The notes beneath the pieces are model-generated. The model saw only the letters and a program-made list of their open reading frames with translations. It did not search any database and was not told the origin of the DNA. A stretch of 64,000 nucleotides of DNA. Source: Candidatus Bathyarchaeia archaeon (lineage in GTDB: Archaea; Thermoproteota; Bathyarchaeia; Bathyarchaeales; Bathycorpusculaceae). The stretch covers positions 160,001-224,000 of the forward strand of contig JAVYWL010000002.1 in NCBI GenBank assembly GCA_038727135.1. Direction: 5' to 3'. The position numbers and the translations under genes were made by a program. Positions 28,503 through 37,866 of the stretch are shown here, one piece after another; the stretch's first letter is position 1, and each line of letters begins with the position of its first letter.

Positions 28503-28843
28503 TGTCAGAGGGTGCTGTCAAACAGACTTGGCGTAGCATACCACGCGAGGAGATAAACTGGCACCCCACCGTGGATCCTGAACTTTGCATAGGATGCGGT
28601 ATATGCGTCTTAAACTGCGGGAAAAACGTTTACCAGTTCGACTACGAGAAAAATGTGGCTGTTGTTGCAAATCCAATGAACTGCATGGTGGGCTGCACAA
28701 CATGCCAAAACACCTGCCCACAACATGCGATAAGTTTTCCATCATTGTCCTACCTGCACAAATTGATAAAGAAGAACAAGGTGGTGCAACGTAGCAGAGA
28801 AGAGCTAATGGCAAACAGAGCAAAGTACGAAGCTAAAAAATAG
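28502..28843 (+). CDS. 2x[4Fe-4S] ferredoxin
   Basis: CIGCGICVLNC, CMVGCTTCQNTCP; GTG start at 28502. Confidence 0.85.
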   Translation: MSEGAVKQTWRSIPREEINWHPTVDPELCIGCGICVLNCGKNVYQFDYEKNVAVVANPMNCMVGCTTCQNTCPQHAISFPSLSYLHKLIKKNKVVQRSREELMANRAKYEAKK

Positions 28844-28857
28844 TTTGGAGATGCATT

Positions 28858-29448
28858 TTGGAGAAAAATGCTGAGGATTTAGCCGAACTCTTCTTTGCAG
28901 ATGTCATTGTCAAGAAAATTGAGATTAAGGAGATTTCGCCTTGTACCGCGGACCCTGAACGGATTAAGTTTTTGGCGCAAGCTGACAAGCCATTGGAGGA
29001 TGTTTTGCCAATCCTTTATTTGGCTATTCCAAACGCCAAATACTCCGAAAAGCTCGGCGCATTGAGCTACATGTACCAACAACACTTGATAACAATTTTC
29101 GCTAACGGCAGGATTGGCATGACCTATGTCAAAGATAGAAACGAAGCAGACCAGCTTGTCGAAGAGGCTAGGCGACTGATAAACCGCGCCTTTATATACC
29201 TAAAAACCCATGGAAAGCCGAGCCCCGAAATAATTCAAGCCAAAAAGGAGCTAACGCCAGCAAAGATTTACGATTTGTTGCCGAAGACAAACTGCAAAAT
29301 GTGCGGAGAGCAAAGCTGCTTCGCCTTTGCGGCTAAACTTTTAAATGGAGAAAAAATTTTGCAGAATTGCTCACCACTAAACTCTAGGGAATATAGCACC
29401 CTCAAGTTTCAGATAGAGAAGCTGATAAGCCCAATTAGGCTGAAGTAG
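28858..29448 (+). CDS. Fe-S-binding protein (AcsC/RnfB-like FeS motif at the C-terminus)
   Basis: LPKTNCKMCGEQSCFAFA...CSPL; N-terminal PC.AD domain. Confidence 0.8.
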   Translation: MEKNAEDLAELFFADVIVKKIEIKEISPCTADPERIKFLAQADKPLEDVLPILYLAIPNAKYSEKLGALSYMYQQHLITIFANGRIGMTYVKDRNEADQLVEEARRLINRAFIYLKTHGKPSPEIIQAKKELTPAKIYDLLPKTNCKMCGEQSCFAFAAKLLNGEKILQNCSPLNSREYSTLKFQIEKLISPIRLK

Positions 29449-29473
29449 TCTTAGCCCTTAACGTTTTCAAAAC

Positions 29474-29485
29474 ATATTTAAATAT
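29474..29485. promoter_or_regulatory. Palindrome ATATTTAAATAT upstream of the second arsR
   Basis: Same core as 27600-27615. Confidence 0.5.
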
Positions 29486-29517
29486 TTTGTTACGTAGTCA
29501 ACACAGGATTCAGAATA

Positions 29518-29904
29518 ATGTCCAAACAAAAAATTAATGAAAGGCTCATGCGGCTAGTCGTTTCTGGACTTTGTCCCCGCGAGGACCCATCAAAATATGA
29601 GAAAGAATTAAAGAAGCTTGCTGATACTGTCGCAAGCATAGACGAAGCCGAAAGGCAATGCAAGGTTTTTAAGGCTTTGGCGGACGTGCATAGGCTAAGA
29701 ATTCTAAAACTTTTAGAAGTGAGGGAAATGTGTGTCTGCGAAATTATGATTGCCCTTGGATTGACACAGCCAACGGCTTCGCATCACCTTGGAATATTGG
29801 AAAATGCTGGGCTTGTAAAGGGGAGAAAAGAGGGCAAATGGGTCTTCTACAAGACTACAAAACCAGAATTAACGCGAATTCTACAAGAATTAGATAAGGG
29901 GTAA
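29518..29904 (+). CDS. ArsR/SmtB-family regulator
   Basis: FKALADVHRLRIL, MCVCEI, ASHHL..LENAGLV. Confidence 0.92.
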   Translation: MSKQKINERLMRLVVSGLCPREDPSKYEKELKKLADTVASIDEAERQCKVFKALADVHRLRILKLLEVREMCVCEIMIALGLTQPTASHHLGILENAGLVKGRKEGKWVFYKTTKPELTRILQELDKG

Positions 29905-29909
29905 AGCAC

Positions 29910-30272
29910 CTAAATGGTCCAGTATGAGCATATAATTAGGTCTTCGCGTTTAAACTGCTCCTTTAAGAACTTTATTACGTCTTCCTCCTCTAAGTAGCGG
30001 TTTCCTTTGGCGTCCTTCCTTAGTGGGATACCTGTCTCCTTAAGCCTTTCCTCGCCTCTTGGAGAGTCTATCAAAATGTAGTAGGCTGGTCCAGATGGCA
30101 ATATAAGCCTTAAATTGGTTAGTTCTCTTTTTGGCGATAAGCCGTTCTGTTCTATGTTGTAAACTATGGCTTTCGTGTTTAGGCTTTCGGCTAAACGCCT
30201 AAACTCAGCCCAACTCCTAATTTTGACCACGCCCTCGCCAGAGCCCTCTTTTGACTGCATAACCATCTTCAC
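29910..30272 (-). CDS. Hypothetical protein
   Basis: Plausible soluble ORF with an upstream TATA-like element. Confidence 0.7.
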   Translation of the reverse strand: MKMVMQSKEGSGEGVVKIRSWAEFRRLAESLNTKAIVYNIEQNGLSPKRELTNLRLILPSGPAYYILIDSPRGEERLKETGIPLRKDAKGNRYLEEEDVIKFLKEQFKREDLIICSYWTI

Positions 30273-30315
30273 TCAATAGTTATGCATTCATATTTATATC
30301 GCGTTGCCAGCCTTT

Positions 30316-30450
30316 TTATGGGAAGAGTTCAATCTCTTTCCTAGCGCCACATTTAACACAGACAAGCTTAACATGAGACTTGCTCTCTGTTAAGCCTTCA
30401 GCCTTCCATTCGTGGTCGCATTCAGTCCTATTCTCTTTTTCTTCGTTCAT
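30316..30450 (-). CDS. Small zinc-finger protein, 44 aa (not in the ORF track)
   Basis: MNEEKENRTECDHEWKAEGLTESKSHVKLVCVKCGARKEIELFP; CxH...CxxC. Confidence 0.7.
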   Translation of the reverse strand: MNEEKENRTECDHEWKAEGLTESKSHVKLVCVKCGARKEIELFP

Positions 30451-30655
30451 GTGCGTTTCCCAATTTTAACTTCATATTCAAGAATTTAAATTTATTGTTT
30501 CAAAACTAGACCCACAAATGTAAGAGATAACCCAACATCACCATTACCAGACGAAACAACAGTGATTTTAATTCCAGAGGATGGCTTGTCAAACAGACTG
30601 GGAGGAACCAGTCTAAAAATAATAAGACGTGCAAATATGGAAATAATGGGCTGTG

Positions 30656-30916
30656 CTAAAGCTTCTTGTAGACTATGTCTTTTTCCCTCACACGTTGCAC
30701 AACTTTTAGCCCTATGCTTTGTCCAGCTTCAGCCCTCTGCACGTTTTTATGCTCGATTTGCATGGACTCCACAACCTGTTCAAAGTCTGTTGTCGGCCCC
30801 TTGATGGCTATGCGGTCTCCAACAGCTAATGGAGCCTTAAGCTCAACAACAGCCACACTAATCTTTGTGAAATAGTGGGTTACGCGTCCAACCTCAACAA
30901 GGTTTTCCTCAACCAA
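30656..30916 (-). CDS. Stand-alone EF-Tu domain II-like beta-barrel protein
   Basis: VGRVTHYF.KI.VA, VESMQIEH..V..A.AG..IGLK. Confidence 0.8.
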   Translation of the reverse strand: MVEENLVEVGRVTHYFTKISVAVVELKAPLAVGDRIAIKGPTTDFEQVVESMQIEHKNVQRAEAGQSIGLKVVQRVREKDIVYKKL

Positions 30917-30992
30917 ACACTTTCATCTCCAAGGAATATACCGTTTGATGGCAGATAAATAATTTATCAATTTGCCGTTCAGCCCTAAAGGC

Positions 30993-32900
30993 TTATTCCT
31001 CGTCGAAGCATTCTGGCGGAATATAATCCATTCCAAAATTTTCTCTTGCTTTTAGGAGGCGTTCCCGCTGCTCATTCAGTATTATGAATAGTTCTTTTGG
31101 CGTGTCTGCAACCTTCTCCCTGTAAAACTTTTCAACCCGCTCAATTTTTGCGAGGTTTTCTGGCACACGGATGGTGAACTGCCTCACATAGTCTTCCTTG
31201 CTATATTCCTTGTTCAAAACCTGTTTGAAGAGCAAACGTAAATCCTCATATTTCGGGATTAGCCCTGTCGGGGCGACTCTCGCGCCAACATCATTGTGCA
31301 CGCGTAGCTCCATCCACTTAACCCACACATGCTTGTCCCTCGGAGAATTCAGATACTCGCCTGTTTTTAGGTCTCTTAGGAAGTAGTTTACCCCGAAGAT
31401 TACAGGTGGCTTTTTAAGTCTTCTACCAAAGTTTAGGTTGTTCCTTATGTTTTGACCCATGGGTATGGAAATAAAGTCCTGTATGCTCATCATGTTTATC
31501 TCTGGTATGCCCTCTTTACCAACTATAGCGAAGGTTGTTTCTGTTTCTAGGGCTGCCCCATAACAGATGATTCCGTGCTCCCAGTTGAAACTCTGCTGAA
31601 CGGGCACGTATGCTTTGGAGTCGCGTCCCCCATACATTATACCGCCAAGCTCAACCCCAATGGGATTGTCCAACTCTGGGTCACAGTTCTCCAACGCCTT
31701 CAGAGAAACCGTGTAGCGGGCGTTCTTATGGGCGGGCGGTATAAGCTCGCCATTCTCGTCTGTTTTGCCTTCCCACCAATACCCCGTATAATTCACTCCG
31801 TCCTTCGGTAGTTCGCAGCCCATTCCAAGCCAGTAGGGTTTTCCATCTTTCACTAGAACATTTGAGAAAATGACTTCGCCGGGGGTTGTGAGCACTTTGT
31901 AGAGTACTGGGTCATCTTTGGGGTTTATGCCTTGAAGGATTCCGAAAATGCCGCACTCGGCATTTGCAGCCCTAGCCACAGAGTTAATGTTGCGGATGTA
32001 GGCGATATCATCGCCAAGTATGGTCTCCCCAGGAAGCATGGCGGTTGCTGTTTTGCCACAAGCGCTTGGAAAGGCTCCAGCAAAATACGTTTTCCTACCG
32101 CCAGGTCCATGCACTCCCATAATCATCATATGCTCTGCAAGCCATCCCTCCTGATTCGCCTTCCTTATAGCAAGGCGAAAGGCCAATTTTTTAAAGCCTA
32201 CAGAGTTCCCAGCATATTGGGTGTTAACACTGTAGATTATGTCCTCAGTGTAGTCAATGTAAACCCTTTTCTTGTCATGGTCCACGCTAACCATGTTTTC
32301 ATTAAGTCTTCCGCTGGAATGCAGCACCCTTAAAAAGTGAGTGTCAGGATAAGCCTTAGTGAAAGCTTCATAGCCAGGTCTAAAAAGGAGGTATTCTGAA
32401 TGGGCGACATACCACGAGTCTGTGCATTGCACGCCTAGAATAGTGAAGATAGAGTTTGGTGGACCAAGGCAGACAAAGCGGACAATCATCGTGCGCCCTT
32501 TCATAGAATCTTTTAACAGGCTTTTTACTTCGGCTAATCCTTCATCCCTATCAATCTGATTTAATGCCTTACTCAAGTAGTCCCCCTTTGGCACAAGATA
32601 CTTGGTGGCTTCGCGGTCCCTTCCCTGGTCATAGGGTCCATCAAAATGAACGGTGTGTCCAGGCATTGCAAGGGGTTTCTCTTCGCCAGTTTCTATCGCC
32701 ATCCGCCTAATGTAGGCTATATCCTCAGGCGAATCATCGGAAACAAAAATCTTTTCGGGGTTACAGAGCTCCGCAGCCTCAACAATAAACTGGTGAACCC
32801 TTGGAACTTTTATGGCACGGAGCTTCGCGTAATCCCCGTCGCTCAATTTTGGACTTATAGCTTGGAGACATCGGCTCACTTCGTCGATGATTTGCTGCAT
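30993..32900 (-). CDS. pckG: Phosphoenolpyruvate carboxykinase (GTP)
   Basis: YAGNSVGFKK, WLAEHM, FPSACGKT, GDDIA, HKNARY. Confidence 0.95.
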   Translation of the reverse strand: MQQIIDEVSRCLQAISPKLSDGDYAKLRAIKVPRVHQFIVEAAELCNPEKIFVSDDSPEDIAYIRRMAIETGEEKPLAMPGHTVHFDGPYDQGRDREATKYLVPKGDYLSKALNQIDRDEGLAEVKSLLKDSMKGRTMIVRFVCLGPPNSIFTILGVQCTDSWYVAHSEYLLFRPGYEAFTKAYPDTHFLRVLHSSGRLNENMVSVDHDKKRVYIDYTEDIIYSVNTQYAGNSVGFKKLAFRLAIRKANQEGWLAEHMMIMGVHGPGGRKTYFAGAFPSACGKTATAMLPGETILGDDIAYIRNINSVARAANAECGIFGILQGINPKDDPVLYKVLTTPGEVIFSNVLVKDGKPYWLGMGCELPKDGVNYTGYWWEGKTDENGELIPPAHKNARYTVSLKALENCDPELDNPIGVELGGIMYGGRDSKAYVPVQQSFNWEHGIICYGAALETETTFAIVGKEGIPEINMMSIQDFISIPMGQNIRNNLNFGRRLKKPPVIFGVNYFLRDLKTGEYLNSPRDKHVWVKWMELRVHNDVGARVAPTGLIPKYEDLRLLFKQVLNKEYSKEDYVRQFTIRVPENLAKIERVEKFYREKVADTPKELFIILNEQRERLLKARENFGMDYIPPECFDEE

Positions 32901-33019
32901 TTTGGATTCCTTAACGCATTAAACAGTGGCGTATATAAATTTTCAGCTAGATTAACGGTAAAGAAGGCAAAAAATAATCAACTTTCTTTTATTTTAATGT
33001 AAAAATTACAAAAATATTT

Positions 33020-34315
33020 CTAATTCAATAATGAGCCTTCAAGATAAGTTGAGGAGGCATCATAAATTTTAACATGCAAAACTTTGCCCAACAAGTCCCC
33101 GGCGTTTTCCACCACTATTGGCTTGTAGGCGAAGTTTCTACCCATCCACGAACCAGAAACTTTTCCATGCTCATCTATTAGGACTTCGCCCTCCCAGCCA
33201 ACCCATTCACGATTCCTCTCCAAAGCAATTTTCATTGCTAAACTGCTTAGCAAGGCGCTTCTCCGCTTTATCTCTGGAAATGGAACAGCACCTCGCATGG
33301 CTGCCGCTGGCGTTCTCGGTCTGGCAAAAAACTTCGATATATTAACTATGTCGGGCTTAACATCCTCTATCAACTGCATGGTTTTTCCAAAGGCTTTTTC
33401 ATCTTCGCCTGGAAAGCCGCAGATTACGTCTGTCGCTATCGTTATTTTTGGAAAGGCTTCTCTAAAGGCGTTTACAATCCTTTTAAAGTCAGCCACCGTG
33501 TAAAAGCGGCGCATTTTCTCTAGAACATAGTCGTCTCCGCTTTGGACAGGCAAGTGGACAAATTTGAAGACCTTCTCGCTTTTGTAGGCTTCAATCAAGT
33601 TTTCTAGAATGCCCATAGCCATATTCGGGGTCATCATTCCAACCCGCACTTTGAAGTCTCCCTCGACCGCGCACACAGCCTCAACAAGCTCAGCCAAGTT
33701 TGTGCCCATATCTCTCCCATAGCACGCGGTGTCCTGTGAAGTAAGCCAAAACTCCCGTACGCCATCAGCCAAGTCGGCTTTAACCCGTCCCACAATTTCT
33801 CCTATGCTGTAACTTCTTAGGCGCCCTCTTGCAAAGACAACACAACAGTAGGCGCATGAACCCAAACAGCCATAGCTTATTGGGATTATGCCTACAACAG
33901 GGTTTAGGCGAATCCTCGGAAGGTTTAGGCTTGGTTTAGCCCTATCTGCATTTTCTAAAGCTACAACCTTCTCGCCCCTCAAAACATCATTAACTATATC
34001 AACTATTTTTTCGCCTAAAGCTGGACCGGCAACACCGTCAAAATGTACTTCGCGGCATAGCCTATCAAAGTTGATTAGAGGTAGACAACCCACAACAAGA
34101 AGCTTCTTTCCCTTTGGCACTTTTTTCAAAATGTCGATCATGCGGTTTTCTGTTGGACCCTTGACAGCACAAGTGTTGTAAATGACTATTTCAGCATCAG
34201 CCACGCTATCGACAAGTTTGAACCCAGCCTTCGCTAGGCAACCAGCCATAACTTCGCCGTCAGCCAAATTTGTCGAACAACCGAAGCTCCTAAGGAACAC
34301 TCTTGCGGCTTCCAT
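33020..34315 (-). CDS. tRNA t6A37 methylthiotransferase (archaeal MtaB/CDKAL1-type)
   Basis: UPF0004 domain (SFGCSTN, NTC.VK), CLGSCAYC, C-terminal TRAM domain. Confidence 0.9.
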   Translation of the reverse strand: MEAARVFLRSFGCSTNLADGEVMAGCLAKAGFKLVDSVADAEIVIYNTCAVKGPTENRMIDILKKVPKGKKLLVVGCLPLINFDRLCREVHFDGVAGPALGEKIVDIVNDVLRGEKVVALENADRAKPSLNLPRIRLNPVVGIIPISYGCLGSCAYCCVVFARGRLRSYSIGEIVGRVKADLADGVREFWLTSQDTACYGRDMGTNLAELVEAVCAVEGDFKVRVGMMTPNMAMGILENLIEAYKSEKVFKFVHLPVQSGDDYVLEKMRRFYTVADFKRIVNAFREAFPKITIATDVICGFPGEDEKAFGKTMQLIEDVKPDIVNISKFFARPRTPAAAMRGAVPFPEIKRRSALLSSLAMKIALERNREWVGWEGEVLIDEHGKVSGSWMGRNFAYKPIVVENAGDLLGKVLHVKIYDASSTYLEGSLLN

Positions 34316-34427
34316 GGCAATACGTAAAATGCTTTAACAAGGAATAAAAACCTAGAGGTTCGCCACTAGGCGTATTTACAAGTTTCTGAAACAGCTATAG
34401 CATAATTTTTATAAAGAAAAGAACGAG

Positions 34428-34456
34428 CATATTTAAAACATATTTAAAACGTATTA
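34428..34456 (+). promoter_or_regulatory. 11-bp direct repeats CATATTTAAAA upstream of cdrS-ftsZ
   Basis: CATATTTAAAA-CATATTTAAAA-CGTATTA. Confidence 0.45.
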
Positions 34457-34511
34457 TGTAAAAGTATAGGTCTGAAGCTCGTTTTCTCGCTCACCGAAGG
34501 GGGAATTTAAA

Positions 34512-34667
34512 ATGAAGTTAATCACGCTCTATCTTCCCGAACCATACATTGAGGCGTTAGACCAGCTTGTGAATGAGAGGTTTTATCCAAACAGGGCTGA
34601 AGCTATTCGTGTGGCTATCCGCGACTTGATTAACAATGAGGTTTGGCGTAGAAAGAGGGTTGGTTAG
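34512..34667 (+). CDS. cdrS: Ribbon-helix-helix cell-division regulator CdrS (not in the ORF track)
   Basis: MKLITLYLPEPYIEALDQLVNERFYPNRAEAIRVAIRDLI...; stop abuts the ftsZ start. Confidence 0.85.
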   Translation: MKLITLYLPEPYIEALDQLVNERFYPNRAEAIRVAIRDLINNEVWRRKRVG

Positions 34668-35783
34668 ATGCAGCCAGCTAGCCAGCAGCAGACCTTCAAA
34701 TATTCTTGGCAGAACACTTTCCCAGAGGAAATTCGTCCCCCAAGCTTCTGCCGAATGCTTGTTTTAGGCGTTGGTGGGGCCGGGAATAATACTGTTACAA
34801 GGCTTATGGAGATGGGCATAGTTGGGGCTGAATGCATAGCCATAAACACCGACGCCCTTCACCTCAACATTTCAAAGGCTCACAGAAAAATCTTGATAGG
34901 CGAAAAGCTTACGAAGGGCTTGGGTGTTGGCGGAGACCCACAACTTGGAAGAGCCGCCATCGAAGAGTCAAGGAAAAAGATTGAAGAAATGCTCAGTGGG
35001 GCGGATATAGTCTTTATAACCGCCGGCCTTGGAGGCGGAACTGGAACAGGTGCAGCGCCAGTTATAGCCGAAATAGCCAAGAAGAAGGGTGCTTTAACGG
35101 TTGGTGTTGTGACAACGCCTTTCCGAATTGAGAAGGGACGCATAGAATATGCAGCTCAAGCTTTGACTGAGTTGCGGAGACACTGCGACACAGTTGTTGT
35201 AATAGACAATAATAAGCTGATTCACTTGGCTCCAAACCTGCCCATAAATGAGGCTTTCAAGGTTGCAGACCAAGTTTTAGCAAACATGATTAAGGGCATT
35301 GTGGAAACCATTTCAGCTCCAAGCTTAATAAACCTGGACTTTGCAGACTTCAAAACCATTGTTAAGCGGGGAGGCTTAGCCGTCATAGGCGTAGGCGAAT
35401 CAGACGCCCCAAACCGCGCTGAAGAGGCTGTGCGAAACGCCTTAAGAAACCCGCTCCTCGACGTGGACTATGCAGGCGCGAAGGGCGCCCTAATCCATGT
35501 TTCAGGAGACGCCCAAATGACAATTGAGGAGGCAAACCGCGTTGGAGAAATAGTCACAGAAATGATGGACGACGACGCACTGGTCATCTGGGGAGCAAGA
35601 GTAAACCCCGAAATGGACGGAAAGCTAAAAGTAACCCTCGTGCTAACAGGAGTGAATTCGCCATACACCCCAAGCGGACTTGGAGCAATAGCACCACAAC
35701 TCTTCAACCTAGAGCCATATGCCGAACCAGAAAAACCCCTAGGCATAAAACTGAATTTGTACCAAATGGAACAAGACTCATAA
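34668..35783 (+). CDS. ftsZ: Cell division protein FtsZ
   Basis: GVGGAGNN, INTD, GLGGGTGTG, INLDFAD. Confidence 0.97.
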   Translation: MQPASQQQTFKYSWQNTFPEEIRPPSFCRMLVLGVGGAGNNTVTRLMEMGIVGAECIAINTDALHLNISKAHRKILIGEKLTKGLGVGGDPQLGRAAIEESRKKIEEMLSGADIVFITAGLGGGTGTGAAPVIAEIAKKKGALTVGVVTTPFRIEKGRIEYAAQALTELRRHCDTVVVIDNNKLIHLAPNLPINEAFKVADQVLANMIKGIVETISAPSLINLDFADFKTIVKRGGLAVIGVGESDAPNRAEEAVRNALRNPLLDVDYAGAKGALIHVSGDAQMTIEEANRVGEIVTEMMDDDALVIWGARVNPEMDGKLKVTLVLTGVNSPYTPSGLGAIAPQLFNLEPYAEPEKPLGIKLNLYQMEQDS

Positions 35784-35945
35784 GTTCCTTCAACATCCCC
35801 CATTTTATACAAACAACTTTCTGTTAGGAGACACTAACAGAACCCACTGCTTACACGATTGTAAATGGCATTGGAACCAAAAACATCGTTCTTTTCAACA
35901 CTATTCTCATTTAAGTAGGAGGGCTGGCGGCTTAAACATTCTTTT

Positions 35946-36827
35946 TCATACATGGTTCTCTGGGTAAAGCATGGTTAAAAGGTGGCCTATTGCTATTTCA
36001 ACATCCTGAACATATTTATTCGCTTCTTGAGCACTTATGTCTATCTCCTTTGGTCGATGGATGAGTTTGTTCCTTATCTCGGCGCCTTTTTGAAGTTCCT
36101 TTAGCTTTGGAGATTTTTGTCCAGTAAAAGATTCTAGAATTGAACCGTATAGTTTATGTAGTGGGGGTGATGGGATCTCAATAAGCAATGCCTCTACTTC
36201 TGGCTTTTTTCTGATTAAGAACTCTTTAATGGCTAATTCTGCAGCAATTGTCGCCTCTATCCACTTGTAACGAGGATTATCTTCATTTTTAGCTCTATGT
36301 AAGTGCCGTAATGCCAAAAATGGCTGAAAATCATTATCCAAATACTCTTGGATGATTTTAGCATTATCTTCATTTAAAGGTGTAACGTTTTTTATGTCTA
36401 CAACTAATTTTGTTAACATGGGAAAATGTTTCCATTCCAACCTGTCTTTTGACCAGTAATAACCCTTAACTGAAAACAGATTCTCATCCAACTCTGTTTG
36501 ATTTAAGCAGTATTTAATTAGATTAAGCACTTTTCGAGTCGCTAAAGAAATAATGGATGTTATCTCTGAAATTTGGGTTTGAATATCTTCAGGCAATTTT
36601 CTTATGTCAACAGAATCTCTATTTAGAACCTCCCTTAGATCTTCAGAGATATCAGCCTCATGAAAAGATTCAATTATCTTCTCTGTTGGATTTATTTCAA
36701 CTATAACTGGCGGTTTATCTTTTAGAGCTACTTTAAACCTAATTCTGTTTTCCTTTAAGTTAGAAGCAATTTCGCCAATTAAGGCATAACAACCTTTGAT
36801 ATAAATAAACATAGGCCTATAGTTCAA
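35946..36827 (-). CDS. AT-rich hypothetical protein with C-terminal HEPN-like (ApeA-type) domain
   Basis: EATIAAE...RNKLIH (Rx4H); lower GC than its neighbours. Confidence 0.6.
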   Translation of the reverse strand: MNYRPMFIYIKGCYALIGEIASNLKENRIRFKVALKDKPPVIVEINPTEKIIESFHEADISEDLREVLNRDSVDIRKLPEDIQTQISEITSIISLATRKVLNLIKYCLNQTELDENLFSVKGYYWSKDRLEWKHFPMLTKLVVDIKNVTPLNEDNAKIIQEYLDNDFQPFLALRHLHRAKNEDNPRYKWIEATIAAELAIKEFLIRKKPEVEALLIEIPSPPLHKLYGSILESFTGQKSPKLKELQKGAEIRNKLIHRPKEIDISAQEANKYVQDVEIAIGHLLTMLYPENHV

Positions 36828-37044
36828 GTATTTTAGTGTAGATGATATTAAAAGTATTGGAAGCGTGCCAAAAAACTCGCATTGGAGATTTACATGATTT
36901 TATGTATTTTCTGTTAGTAACGTCTAATCGAAGTAATTTTCATAATAGCGAGATTTCCACAGGAATAGGCTTTTCTTGGGCAAATGGTTTATGTAGGGAA
37001 ACTTCCAGCATTCACGTAGATGAATATGGAAGGTTAAGGGTGAA

Positions 37045-37866
37045 ATGCCTTTAGGTGTAGGGCTTATTGGATGCGGCGCCATTGGGACGGTGCTGGCGCA
37101 AGCCATAGATAGGGGGCAAGCTGGAGACACGTGCCTACTCATGGTTTTTGACAGGAATATTGAAAGAGCTGAAAATTTGGTGCAAAGGTTGAAAAGCAAG
37201 CCTAGAGTCGCAAAAAGCTTTAAGGAGCTTCTAGAATGCGATGATGTTAAGCTTGTTGTTGAGGCTGCCTCCCAAGAGGCTGTGAAAGCTTACGCCGTTG
37301 ACGTTCTGAAGGCTGGAAAAGACTTAATGATCATGAGTGTGGGCGCCCTAGTTGATTCTGGACTGCTAAGTGAAATCAGCCGAACCGCCAGGGAAAACGG
37401 AGGGAAAGTCTATATTCCATCTGGCGCTGTAGCTGGACTGGACGGTTTGAAGGCTTCAGCAATAGGTAAAATTGAAAGCGTAACCCTAACAACGAGAAAG
37501 CCTGTTGAAGGCTTAATGGACAACCCATATTTCATGGAGAAGACCGGCGGAAAGGTTGAAAAGTCAACACTAGTATATGAGGGGCCAGCCAGAGAGGCGT
37601 GCAGGCTTTTTCCAGCTAATGTTAATGTGGCGGCAACCCTCAGCTTGGCTGGCATAGGCGCTGAAAAAACGGTTGTGCGGGTTGTGGCTGACCCAACTAT
37701 CAGTCGAAACATCCACGAGATTGAAGTTAAGGGTGATTTTGGTGAGTTGCGGGTTCATGTAGAAAATGTGCCTTCTGCCGAAAATCCAAAAACAAGTTTT
37801 TTGGCGGCTCTTTCAGCCATCGCAACATTGAAGAGGTTAACAGAATCCATCGTTGTTGGAGCATGA
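37045..37866 (+). CDS. nadX: L-aspartate dehydrogenase
   Basis: GCGAIG, VEAAS, MSVGAL, PSGA..GLD, FPANVNVAA, NPKTS. Confidence 0.93.
   Translation: MPLGVGLIGCGAIGTVLAQAIDRGQAGDTCLLMVFDRNIERAENLVQRLKSKPRVAKSFKELLECDDVKLVVEAASQEAVKAYAVDVLKAGKDLMIMSVGALVDSGLLSEISRTARENGGKVYIPSGAVAGLDGLKASAIGKIESVTLTTRKPVEGLMDNPYFMEKTGGKVEKSTLVYEGPAREACRLFPANVNVAATLSLAGIGAEKTVVRVVADPTISRNIHEIEVKGDFGELRVHVENVPSAENPKTSFLAALSAIATLKRLTESIVVGA

Noticed and set aside
25662-29904. hgcAB mercury methylation genes beside arsR/arsP
   Set aside because: No corrinoid protein with the N(V/I)WCA motif is present.
36940-36975. ORB-like TTCCACAGGAA as a replication origin
   Set aside because: Single weak match, no G-string, no repeats and no cdc6 nearby.
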